Position numbers and translations under genes: made by a program. Below are positions 40,883 to 55,748 of a stretch of DNA of 64,000 nt, piece by piece (the stretch's first letter is position 1; each line of letters starts with the position of its first letter). The stretch is taken from the NCBI RefSeq assembly GCF_006345805.1, contig NC_043014.1, positions 26,288,001 through 26,352,000 of the forward strand, given 5' to 3'. Under the pieces are notes generated by a model. The model was given only the letters and a program-made list of their open reading frames with translations. It did no database searches and was not told the origin of the DNA. The stretch is from Octopus sinensis (Eukaryota).

Positions 40883-40921
<39 letters not shown>

Positions 40922-41249
40922 ATGCATATATATGTGTATGTCTGTATGAATGTACTATATCCTTGAAGTGTTGGATTATTAGAACGTCTACTTCAGTATA
41001 CCTCATACACAGTAAAACCATAAAGACTCCACTATATCTGACCCCTACTATGTACTCTTTTTACTTATAGTGTCTATGTTATTCCATTCGTCACGTGGGA
41101 GGGGTGTACCACTATTACTAATTCCCTACAACAGAAAGTGGCCCCTTTCAAGTTAAATATTATCGTAGGAGCCTGATAGCAAATAAAATACCAGATATCA
41201 AAATGTATCATGTATTCACGTATGTATGCGCATATCTATCTATCAATCA

Positions 41250-41295
<46 letters not shown>

Positions 41296-41589
41296 TTAAA
41301 ATATTGTATATTATATATTTGATATATATATATATATATATACATGTATGTAATTATATATGCATGTATATATGTAATATATATGTGTGTGTGTATGTTC
41401 ATGTAGCAATATATGTTCTAATGTATACTGTTCAGGTATTTTTGTTTTAAACTGAAAAAAGCAAGGAATGTCATGGACAAAATAAAGCTGAAAATTCAAC
41501 AGACGCCTGTTTGCTTGTCTTGCCCTCTTGCATTGTAATTGTTCCTGTATAGCATGAAAGAATTTGTTGTATGATATATATAAGAAAAT

Positions 41590-42915
41590 TACAATGAATA
41601 CGGAGAATAATACATCAGCTCATTTTACAGTCAATTGTACTGGGTATTTATTTTAAATAGGTCCGACATACGTTTCTGCAGCATAGACAACTCGCAACTG
41701 TATTTGCACCCAGTTTCATTCACCTGGTTAAGAGTCTATGCAATCGGTCATGGTTTGAAGCGAAATAAGAGTACGTTGGTAGGGGACTAAAGATTGAGTG
41801 AAATGAATTGCAGAACAACATTTGGAAGCTTCTTATATCGCTATAAAAACGCTTATCAAGTTGACACTAGTATGACTGAAAATTTGCCTTCTTAAAGTAC
41901 ATTGTCTGAGAAAAAAATAGTGTACTGTAGTAGGATTCCATCAGGTGGAATTTCGCACTTTTTATTGGAGCAAACTCGACGAAAATGCATAGCAGGAACT
42001 TGCGTAGGTTTATTTGGCTCCTGAAGGATAAAAACACTGACATTAATATAGCAAGCGAAATAGTAGACCTAACGTAATCGGATGAAAAATTACAATTTAT
42101 GCCGGGAAGAACTATTCCATATTTTAACTTCTAAACACCAGTTACTAAATAGGAAGCAGGAACTAGCTCTAAGAAGAGCAAAAATTTACAGAAAGGTATT
42201 GAAATATTTCCATAGAAAAGATTGAGTAAGCACCACGTACTTAGGACCTGCTAGAATTTACGTGGTAAATATCAACGTAATATCTAATTTTGCCTATATC
42301 CTGGTATTAATTAATATTTTTCTTATGTAAAGCTCCAAATATGAAATAACTATATGTCTAGGAGGACTACATCTTCATGCAGATTAATCTTGAGTTACAT
42401 AGATAAAGATTCGGATTGGCTTTACAAGTAGGTTCTACATATATCTCAAAATTATATCTGATTTGGAGACCCATAATTATACTCATATATCTCTAAAACC
42501 CATTAATTTGTAATTCATTTGTAAGGCCAGTGTTTGAAATATACCCTGACCTAATTTAGGATCTAGTTTTCATGATTCGGAATTAAAGCTTTTAGTTATA
42601 CTAGAGCCAACCTGAAAAGCGTTTTTATAGCGATATATGAAGTTTTCAAATGTTGCTCTCCCATTCATTGCACTCAAAAGCTTTAGTCCCCAACCGCATA
42701 TAACGCTTGCTAAACCAACATACTCTTTAGTTTGTGTCAAGCCACGGCGCTTTGTATAAAGCTGCATAGACTCTTAATGGAACTGGGTGCAAATGCAGTT
42801 GCGAGATATTTATGTAGCAGAAACGTACCGTGGACAGATTTAAATTAATCATCCTGTACAATTGACTAAAAAAAAATGTGCTGATGTATTAATCACCGTA
42901 TTCATTGTAATTGCG
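41590..42915. mobile_element. Old MITE-like element with about 290-bp diverged inverted repeats
   Basis: ATTACAATGAATACGG...TCGCTATAAAAACGCT at 41590-41875 is mirrored at 42595-42915. Confidence 0.65.
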
Positions 42916-43079
42916 TTAGATGTACACTTTCAGAACTATTTAAAATCTAATGAAGCGATTCCAGGATTTACCCACCGGATAAAATACGTTGGGACTCCAT
43001 ACTTAAAATAATTGTCAACGTTCCTTGCCACTCAATGTCGTTAGCCATACTTGACTCATGAATGGTACCCGCCCAGTTG

Positions 43080-43147
<68 letters not shown>

Positions 43148-43153
<6 letters not shown>

Positions 43154-43366
43154 GCCGTATACTGTCAATCTAACAAGAACGTGACAGTAGGGGGTATACC
43201 ACCGTTGTATAGCCCTAGGAGGCATCGAACGCCTCCTGACAGCTTCGACACATTTTTTCCTTGTGTCGAAGCTGTCAGAAGGCGTTCGATGCCTCCTAGG
43301 GCTATACAACGGTGGTGTACCCCCTACTGTCACGTTCTTGTTAGATTGACAGTATACGGCCATTCT
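43148..43366. repeat. Palindrome, 105-bp arms, 9-nt spacer
   Basis: Two mismatches seen between arms. Confidence 0.93.
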
Positions 43367-43420
43367 ATCGCCCCACCACCGTACAGGTCTCTACGAGAGA
43401 TTTAGAAATTCAATATTTCT

Positions 43421-43454
<34 letters not shown>

Positions 43455-43699
43455 AACACACACATACACACACAATGTATGTGAATGGAAGGGTGCGTCT
43501 ATTTATGTATGTATCAATGTTTTACTGTCTCCAAAAGCAACAGTTAAACATGTTCTGACTATTAATATGATTATTGTTACCTAACATGTGCCAGTCGTGA
43601 AAAGTTGTAATTATCATCCGTAATCCCTTCCTTTCATTTGTTTGGCAGTGCATCTACTTTAGAAACCATCATTATTTTTTGTGCCAATAATAAACATAG

Positions 43700-45043
<1,344 letters not shown>

Positions 45044-45089
45044 TTGTCATGCTCGTATTCATCGTCATCAACATTAGTATTTGTATCGG

Positions 45090-45270
45090 ACGGCAAGCTG
45101 GCAGAATCGTTGGTTTGCTAGGCAAAATGCTTAGCAGAATTTCGAATGTTTTTACGTTCTGGGTTCGAATTCTGCGGAGGTCGATTTTGCCTTTCATCAT
45201 TTAGGCGGTCAATAAAGTAAGTACCACTTGTGCACTGGGGTCGATGTCATCGACTTACTCCCCTCCCTCG
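45090..45270 (+). mobile_element. tRNA-derived SINE, family 2-related
   Basis: GGCAAGCTGGCAGAATCG...GGGTTCGAATTC..GAGGTCGATTTTGCCTTTCATC; an opposite-strand copy lies at about 45683-45800. Confidence 0.75.
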
Positions 45271-47598
45271 AAATTGCTGGATTTGAAACCAATATTAATG
45301 TTTGTATGAGCAGTAGTAGTTATAGACACGTTAAAAATTTATTTCCTTTGTTTTTTCTTTTTTGAGTTAAATCTATAAAAACCCTTCTTCACATTTTTTG
45401 AACAATAAGCTTCTTGCATATAATATATTTTCTATGTTTACCAACCGAATCAGGTTTTAATTTCTTAATTTCCTTAGTTTGTGTTTTCTGAACTGGAATT
45501 TATTCACAACGATTTCGATTCTGTTACTATATAATTTCAAACAAAGTTACTACTTGAAATATCAACTCATGTTTTGGGCTTGTTGAAGCTTCATTTATTC
45601 TTGTTCTTCAATTCGATCTTTCTTCCTCTCAATGCTTGGTCTTTCGCAAACAAATAATTACAGTATAATATATTGGAGAGAGTAAGTCGATTACATCTAC
45701 CCCACTAGTCAGTTGGCATTTATCTTATCGATCCCGAAAGAATGAAAGGCAAAGTCGATCTCGGTGGAATTTGAACTCAGAACGTAAAGATAGACGAAGT
45801 GCAAGATACCAGAATTTCCAAGGAAACCTGAGTTAAAAAAGAATAATGATGATGACGATGATGATGATGATAATGAAACATTTTTTGTCTCTAAAAAGGG
45901 AGGAACGCGCTCAACAAATTGTAACACATGTCAGACATTTGAATATTTTATCATATTTCTCCACAGGTACAACTGATTATGTAAATTGCAAAAAAATGGT
46001 AGTTGCTTTACAAGCAAGTATAAATTCAGACATGATTAAAAAAAAAGAAAGAAATGGAAACAATAAAAAAAAATTTGTCCAAGATAGAGACAGCCATCTT
46101 GGGCCTATCAAAGAATTTCGTACAAATATTCAGAGTGCCGCGACAACAGAATTCAAATGCCGCTCCAAAAGCTTCGACTATCACCAGAACTACATATCTA
46201 GAGAAGAATATTTCAGACACTATCATCCATCGTTAAGCAAATATACTGCTCCCTACTACCTGCCCTTATCTTCATTTTGAAAAGATACTAAAAATGTTGA
46301 TAAGATCTTAGCCGAAGAGATATATAAAAGCTTTGCTTCTGCCTCCTGTATACCCCACTACCTCTTTTACCATAGACACCAGAGAAAAACTCTCTACCCT
46401 TGTAGACCGAATGAAGGTCGCGGGAGGCGTTCACGATGGATTTGTCTAACAACCAGATCTGTCCGATACATAGGTATGGCTGGGTAACATAATCCTACAA
46501 GTCAGTAATATTCAGACATGGAAACTGGATATTGCTGACTTGAACAGTTATATCAAGAATAGAAACGATCTCTTGATCAATCAGATCCGCTTGACGATCT
46601 CTAAAATAATTAGACAAACTAGCAAAGTATAAAGAACTGAAAGTAAAAACAGGGAAAGAAAATGGTACTTGTAATATATGAGATAACTTCACCATTATAT
46701 CATGTAAAGTTGTTCGAACAGTCACAACCAAATCATCAGTACTCGCGCATACACATAATATGAAGGGACATTAGGAGGACAGTTTACAATTTGTGTGAGG
46801 TTAACATAAAACGATGAGGGGAGGAAAAGAAAGGAAGGAAACGGGATTAAAAGAATGCGTAGCCAACAAAATTTATGAACACGTGAATGATGCAGTCATA
46901 TTTACAGATAAGGATCCCCAGAAATAAAGGATACTTTGATCTCCTAAAACACCAGCCTTCGCCCAGCTGTTGTTCCCGACATACAGTGGAATACTTAAAG
47001 TAATTCCATTCGCCTTAACCATTTTTGTCACAATCAACCAACTTTTGACAAATTTACTAGCACTTTCCTTACCAAGATAATAATAATAATAATAATCATA
47101 ATGATAATACTCAACTACCAATATGGCTGAAAAACATCGGTACAGGTGTGAAGGTAGAACACCTATGAAAATTAACATTGCTTGGAACTTCAAGAATTCT
47201 TCGCAGAGTTCTTGAAGCATGACCAGTAAAATAAGTGTCACCTTAGTCTGCTGGGTGTGGACAGCTGACACTTTTCATAACATCCAGCAATATAAGCTTT
47301 GAGTTTTAATACATCAGCACCAATCACTCATAAAATAGAAGGTAACGTCTAAGACGGCAGACCTATGTAAATTAGCTAGTAAACTTTCTTTCAGTACCGT
47401 ACACGCATATATGTATACAAACGTTTACACACAAACATACATACCTATATGTTCGCATACATACACACAAACACACACATATGAACATTAATACACACAC
47501 ACATGAAATCCATAAACAGTGCTTGAAGGATTGCTTTAAGATATATAGCGTATGCTGTTCAACATAAAACAGTTAGTAGCTTTTTCGAGTGTGTATTT

Positions 47599-47708
<110 letters not shown>

Positions 47709-48274
47709 GGTGCCCCAGCATGGCCGCGGCTTCAGGCTATAACATTTTTTAGGATTTAAGGATTTATATATATAAGGCAGGATGTGTGTGTGTGTGTATG
47801 TACGTGATTGTAGTTTATGCACATCCACAAATTAGCACGCATGTCGCTCAAATTTTAGGAGGACATTCGTCACAATCCTAGCTGTATTTTCGTCAAATTA
47901 TTTTCCCCCGAGGAATCCGCGATTAGCAGTAAATACTTTTGAGCCATAACTTCAATTTTCACGGTGGAGAAATCCACTGTAGTGACGTCATTATTATTTA
48001 CAAAACATGAGTTAAGTCCCCTTTTAGCGACGGTGTTAAGAGAGGGAGGGAGAGGGTGAGAGAGAGAGATAACAGATTTTGAAAATTTCTTTTTAGTGAG
48101 TGATTGACAGACAAAAACAGACAGACAGGTGTTGTTATGTATGTATGTATGTGTGAATGGCTTCAGTCACACACACACACACACACACACTCACACGAGC
48201 ATTTATGCGTACAAAACAGATGCATGCAATGTGCGTGTTGACCGTATATATATATAATATATATATATATATAT

Positions 48275-49181
<907 letters not shown>

Positions 49182-49387
49182 TCACTATCAATACACAACG
49201 TGTATTTATAGTGAATGTATAATGAAATGTGGAAATTGACGATTTAAAGTCTGTTCTCAGCATGTTGGCATATAAATAATTTTTCTTTTGCCCTTATTTA
49301 TAAGTTGTTTATAATTTTAACATTTAAAGATATTTTAATATGCTGCCAGTTTTGATGAAGTTTTTCTGAAAAAAATTTATCCTAAAT

Positions 49388-49437
<50 letters not shown>

Positions 49438-50466
49438 TATATATATATATATCATTTGTAGAAATACATAAATCCAGAGGAGAAGCACACTCTAAGATAT
49501 AAAGGCCGGTTTATGGGGTCATCCAATGTTTCTCGCTCATAAGGGGTTTAGCCTTATAGTTCAGGTCAGCAGTGTTTCAGGTCTGAAGATACACCGTAAA
49601 GCTAAACCCCTTACGAGTGAGAAACCGGCCTACCCTACTATGATATATATATATTTATATTTATATATATATATGTGTGTATTCCTTGGTAGACACCATC
49701 CCTTCATGAGGCTAACATAGCCTCTATCTGAATTCTCTCTCTCTCTCTTTCTTCTCCATTTTCTTTTATAGACTTTTCATTATATATATATATATCTTTA
49801 TATATATAAAACTGAGAATCTGTGTCTGTCTGTGTGTTTCCCTAAAACTTGAGAACTACACAATCAATTTCATTCAAATTTTACACATTTTGACCCTTAC
49901 TTAGGGTCCATGTAGTTTTATGGGGGAAAAAATGTTCAACTTCTTGCCGAGAGCGAGCCCATAGCAATATCATATCTTCTCCACTATTTCAGTATTACGT
50001 GATAAAAGTGAAACAAAAATATTTCTCTATTTTATGTCAGATGCTTTCACTTTAACAATAAAAATAATAATAACAATTGAATTATATGTAGTAAGTAATA
50101 ATTAAAATCAAACTAAAGTATAATATAATCGTAACATAACAAAAGTAGAAATAACAATTGGTATAAAATCGCATCAATGATTTGAACTTGAATAAGTGGT
50201 TTCACATGAATGGGAATAAATAAAATATAAAATTAGCGTACAGAAATGGAATAGTCCAGATGGATAATAAAAAATTAAATTAAAGAAAAGACTATTGTCT
50301 ATAAAGTATACAATGTAGAGAAAAAAGAAGAGCTAACATTCCAGTCTTCATCGCGTGTGTTAAGTAATTGTTAGTTTTGCATATAGAAATTGAAATTTGA
50401 ATCGCGCGAGGCATTTGCCGCTGCGCGTTAGAAACTTTTTGTAGAAAGTGCGCCGACCCTCAAGTC

Positions 50467-51888
50467 ATGGAGACTTACGCGGGGGTCGCCGCAATGAAAA
50501 GCGATACGCCGCTGACAGTAAGAGAGGTGTTCTTTAAAAAAGAACAGCTAGAGGAATTTGAGAAATTCATTGAAAGGGAGGGTGACAGAGTGAAGCTGGT
50601 CCCCCCTGTTGAAGCAAAGGAGGAAAAAGAGGACAAAACTATAATCTATAGGACACAGGACACGACCACAAGAAAGCTATCGAGAATAGCGATAGAAGAC
50701 ATAGAAAAATGTCTGGACGGCGTTATAAAAAAGGCTACCTTTGTATGCAGAGGCAGGAAATATGGTACGGTGGAGGTGAGGTACGCAACAAAAGAAGTTG
50801 TGGCCTCACTAGCTACCACCGTACTCAGAGGCGAAAACTTCGTCATGTGGCCTACCTACAAGGGGAAAAGAGGGGTGCGGGTTAAAATCCCAAACATACC
50901 CCCAGATTTAAAAACAGAATGGCTGGTAACAGCCATCCTAGGATCAGCAGAAGAAGGTATAGAAATTGGATCGATAAAAGAGACCAGCATAGTGAAATGG
51001 AAGGGATTCGGAGTAGAGATGTGGCTGACAGCCACAAACAGAGATATAGACCGAATTCCCTTCCAAATAGAAGTAGAAGATGGTAGACCTCTCTGCGTAA
51101 TAGTTGAGGGGAGGAAGCCCAATTGTTATCTATGTGGGACAAGAGGTCATATTAAAAAAGAATGTCCGCTTTACGAATTTGTGGCGGAGAGTGAAAAAGC
51201 AGAGAAAGAAGAAGAACCCGAAGAAGGGAACAATACTCTAAAGGAGAAAGAAAGCAAGGGAAAGGAAACAACGGTAAAAGAAAATAACAATACACAGAAG
51301 GAAAATGAAGGCAAAGAGAAGGAATTAATAGAAAAAGAACAAAAGTCACAGGTAATAGAGAAAGAAAAAGAAAGTAAAATAAAGGAAAGTGAAAAAACAG
51401 GAAAAAAACAAGAGAAGGAACAGAACCAAGAGAAAGGAAAGGCTGCTACACAAAAAGAAAAAGAAAAAACAGGAAAAGAACATACGACAGACAAAGAACC
51501 AAAAAGACAAGAGAAGGAAAAAGAAAAGGAAAGCAAAAAGAGAGAAAGAGAAAAACCGAGAGAGGGAAGTAAAGAAGAAGTAAGCCCGAAGAGGAAAACC
51601 AAAGAAAACATAGGGTCAAATAGAAGATACAAATTTTACGGAACATTGGTACAATATAAACACTGTGGGGAGATGGAAGAACTTATAAGCGAAACGGAAG
51701 GATATTCATGGGTCAGGATGGGCACGGAGTGGAAGGAAACGGGTGCACTGGTCCATGAAGACAACGCCGAGGCGTTTATCAAGGCCGCTGGAACGAATGT
51801 AACAAGACAAATGAAGTGCCGACTACTAAGGTACCCAAAAGAAATGGAAAACTACAATGACCTAAAAAAGGTAATGGAGATAATTTAA
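50467..51888 (+). CDS. Unit A: intact 473-aa LINE ORF1-like (gag-like) protein, no ORF2 downstream
   Basis: CCHC knuckle CYLCGTRGHIKKEC, RRM-like N-half homologous to ORF1 of the LINE at 55999, K/E-rich linker, conserved C-terminal domain. Confidence 0.9.
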   Translation: METYAGVAAMKSDTPLTVREVFFKKEQLEEFEKFIEREGDRVKLVPPVEAKEEKEDKTIIYRTQDTTTRKLSRIAIEDIEKCLDGVIKKATFVCRGRKYGTVEVRYATKEVVASLATTVLRGENFVMWPTYKGKRGVRVKIPNIPPDLKTEWLVTAILGSAEEGIEIGSIKETSIVKWKGFGVEMWLTATNRDIDRIPFQIEVEDGRPLCVIVEGRKPNCYLCGTRGHIKKECPLYEFVAESEKAEKEEEPEEGNNTLKEKESKGKETTVKENNNTQKENEGKEKELIEKEQKSQVIEKEKESKIKESEKTGKKQEKEQNQEKGKAATQKEKEKTGKEHTTDKEPKRQEKEKEKESKKREREKPREGSKEEVSPKRKTKENIGSNRRYKFYGTLVQYKHCGEMEELISETEGYSWVRMGTEWKETGALVHEDNAEAFIKAAGTNVTRQMKCRLLRYPKEMENYNDLKKVMEII

Positions 51889-52379
51889 AATTATAGAAAA
51901 AAAAGAGAAAATTTGGAAAGACTTTTGGTTATGTATTTTGAAACCTTAAAGATGTATTGCGAAAGATTTATATGTGAATTTGTGAAAACAATTTTTCTGT
52001 AATTGATAATGTATTTTGAAATTATATTTTGAAATGTATTGAAATGTATTGCAAAATGCTGAAAAATGAATTTGTTACTGTTGAAAACATTATAAAACGA
52101 CGAAATGTAACCACCTGATTTCGGGGATCGGGTGGAGCATTACACCACATTTATACATATTTCATATTTCATTATTTTTATTTTTTTCCCCCGATTGTAC
52201 TGTCCCCTCTATGTTCGCCCCTTGTGGGTAATAATAAAATCTTCCAGTCTTCATTGAGTGTGTGTTGTAGTTGTGACCAGACGGTGAATGTTTTTCTGTA
52301 TAAATTGATTTGATATCGCGCGAGGCGTTTGCCTCCACGTGTGGAAACCTTCCGAAGAAGGTGAATTGACCCTCTAGTC

Positions 52380-53589
52380 ATGGCGACTTACGCGGGGGTC
52401 ACCGGAAAAAATAGCGATTCGTCACTAATTGTAAGGGAGGTGTTCTTTGAGAAGGAGAAACTCAAAGAATATGAAAAGCTTTTCAAAAGGGAGGGTGATA
52501 GCGTGAAGCTAATCCCCCCCCCCGCGAAAGCAAAAGAGGATAAAGAAAGCAAGACGGTGACATATAGAACCCAAGACAAGAATACGAAGAAACTGGCAAG
52601 AGTGGAGATAGACGAAATTGAGAAATGTCTGGGAGACATAATGGGGAAAATAACCTACGTGAGTAGAGGCAAGAAATTTGGTACGGTGGAGGTGAGATGT
52701 GCAACGGAGGAAATTGCGGCCTCACTGGCTACCACCGTACTAAGAGCCGAAAAATTCACAATGTGGCCCTCATACAAGGGAAGAAGAGGGGTCCGGGTTA
52801 AAATCCCGAATATACCCCCAGAAGTGAAAATAGAATGGCTGGCAACCAAACTGTTACTTGTGTGGGACAAGGGGGCACATTAAAAAAGAGTGCCCGTTAT
52901 ATGAATTCGTAGCGGAGTGCGAGCAGGAACTTGAAGAAAAGAAGAATACTGTAAATGAGAAAGAAAGCATAGAAAAGGAAACAAAACAACAAGAGAAAGG
53001 AAATAATAAGTCAATGAAGGAGAAAGAAATAAAATAAAAGAAAGAAATAGAACCAAAACAGAGTCAGGAAAAAAAAGGAAAAAGAAACAATAGGAAAAAA
53101 ACAAGAGAGGGATCAGAATCAAACGAAAAGAAAAGACGGCACACAAAAGGAAAGGAACATAAAGCACGAGAGAAAGAGTAAACAGACACAGAGCCAAAAA
53201 GACAAGAGAAGGAAAGAGAAAGAAAAGAAGGCAAAAAGAGAGAAAGAGAGAAACAAAGAGAGGAGAACAAGGAAGAAATAAGCCCGAAAAGGAAGATGAA
53301 GGAAAACGCAGGACGGAAACAAGATTACTATTACTACAAGTTAGTAACCTACCATTTCTGCCCTGTAATGAATGACTTGACAAGTAAAACGGAGGGACAT
53401 GTATAGGTCAACAGGATGACCGACCGGTGGCAGAAGACTGCTCTAATCCCCGAAGAAAGAGCCGCTGAGTTCCTCAGAGCTGCCGGGGAAAATGTAATAT
53501 TTTACACGAAGGTTCGAGTGAGAGAGCGGCTACCTGAGGACTCAGTGATGGACTTCAGAGAAGTGAAAACAATTATAGAATATGTATAG
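52380..53589 (+). pseudogene. Unit B: ORF1 homologue with an out-of-frame internal deletion
   Basis: N-terminus matches A and C; about 188 bp is missing before the knuckle (CYLCGTRGHIKKEC lies in another frame); further breaks downstream. Confidence 0.85.
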
Positions 53590-53975
53590 AATTGTGAGAG
53601 GAAAAAAAAAAGAGAAAAAAGAAAATTTTGTGAAATATATGTGACGAAAATGTAACCTCTTGATTCCGGGGATCGAGTGGACATTTACATCTCATTGTAA
53701 ATATTCTTTCATATGTCATTTTTACTTTTATTTTTTCCTTTTCTTGTCATTCGCTTTCTTATTTTAAGTTCCCCGATTGTATTGTCCCCTCTATGTTCGC
53801 CTCTTGTGGGTAGTAATAAAATCATTCCAGTCTTCATTGAGTGTGTTGTTTAGTTATTTTGTATGTGAAAAATTTGGAAAAAAAACTGTTAAAAAATTGT
53901 CAAAAATTGAATCGCGCGAGGCGGTTGCCGCTGCGTGTTTGAACCTTTTATAGAAGGTGTGTCGACCCTCTAGTC

Positions 53976-55457
53976 ATGGAGACTTACGCGGGGGTCGCCA
54001 CAACAAAAAGTGATGAGTCTCTTAGAATAAGAGAAGTGTTCTTTAGAAAAGAACAATTGAAGGAATACGAGAAGTTCATCAAAAGGGAGGGTGACAGCGT
54101 GAAGCTGGTCCCGCCTGTTGAAACAATAGAGGAGAGAAATAACAAGACGATAACGTATAGAACGCAAGATAGGAACACGAGAAAACTGGTGAGAGTGACG
54201 ATTATAGAAATAGAGAAATGTCTGGGGGACATTATGAAGAAAGCGACTTTTGTAGATAGAGGAAAGAAATATGGTACGGTGGAGGTGAGATGCGCAACAA
54301 AGGAAGTGGCGGCCTCATTAGCTTCCACTGTTCTGAAAGCCGAAAATTTCACTATGTGGCCGACGTATAAAGGAAGACGAGGGGTACGGGTAAGAGTCCC
54401 AAAGGTGCCCCCAGAAATAAAAACAGAAATGCTGGTAACAGCCATTCTAGGGTCAGCAAAGGAGGAAGTAGAAATAGGGTCAATCAAGGAGACCAACGTT
54501 GTAAATTGGAAGGGATTCGGAGTATAGTTGTGGCTGATGGCCACAATGGAAGACATCGAAAGGTTTCCCTTCCAAATAGAAATAGAAGACGAGAAAACAA
54601 TTAGTGTAATTGTGGAGGGGAGAAAACCGAATTGCTACTTGTGCGGGTCAAGAGGGCACATAAAAATGGAATGTCCGCTGTATGAATTCACAGCGGAGCA
54701 AAAAGAGACACAAAGTGGAGAGAACAAAAAAGAACACGAAGGAAAGAACAGCGAAAACAAGGAAAAGGAAATAACGGAGAAACAACAAGAGAAGGAAAGT
54801 AACAGCGCACAGAAGGAAAATGAAAACAAAGGGAAGAAGATAGTAGAAAAGGAGCAAAATTCACAGGGTGGAGAAGTAGTGGAGAAGAAGCCAAGGCAGA
54901 AGCAAGAGAAAGAAAAGGAAAGTACATTAAAGGAAAGAGAAAAAACAGGAAAAGAACAAGAGAAGGAACAGAACCAAGAGAAAGGAAAAGATGATATGCA
55001 AAAAGGAAAAGAAACAACAGGAAAGGAACATAAGGCACAGGGTAGAGAGACGACAGACAAAGAGCCAAAAAGACAAGAGAAGGAAAAAGAAAGAAGAGAA
55101 AGCAAAAAGAGAGAAAGAGAGAAACCGAGAGAGGAGAAAAAAGAGGAAGTAAGTCCTAAGAGAAAAACTAGAGAAAATGCAGGTACGAATAGAAAATTCA
55201 AATACTATGGAACGTTGATCCATCACATGCACTGTGAGGAGATGGAAGATTTAATAAACGTAAGAAATGGATATACGTGGGTCAGGATGGGCACCGAATG
55301 GAAAGAAACAGGTGCACTCGTCCACGAGAACAACGCTGAGGCGTTCATCGAGGCAGCTGGCAAGAACGTGTCAAAACATATGAAATGCCGACTTACAAGG
55401 TGGCTACGAACGATGGAAATTTACCAAGATTTTGTAGAGATAATGGAGTATATATAA
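53976..55457 (+). pseudogene. Unit C: ORF1 homologue interrupted by one TAG
   Basis: ORFs 53976-54527 and 54528-55457 are in one frame; TAG replaces the GAG (E) of GFGVEMWL seen in unit A. Confidence 0.9.
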
Positions 55458-55748
55458 AAGAAAAGGTATTGTGAAAACTTTAATTTGGAAATGATAAAAA
55501 GAACTTTAAATTCTGAAGGAAAAAAATGTTGAACTTTGTAAAATTTTTGAAATATATGTTGAAAATGTGTAAAATGTTTTTATTTGGAAAATATTGTTGA
55601 GGAATAAAAAATGACGAAATGTAACCGCTCGATTTTGGGGATCGAGTGGGCATTACACCACATTGTACAAACTTCATAATTCATTATTTTATTTTTCCCG
55701 ATTGTATTGTCCCCTCTATGTTGCCCCTTGTGGGTAGGAATAAAACAA

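Noticed and set aside
45846-46280. 144-aa ORF with a good acceptor (ctccacag) near 45967
   Set aside because: It starts in a (GAT)n repeat, has no recognisable domain, and no partner exons were found.
51171-55201. Hydrophobic F/S/L-rich minus-strand ORFs (51171-51632, 52880-53383, 54635-55201)
   Set aside because: Antisense shadows of the purine-rich K/E linkers of the ORF1 units.
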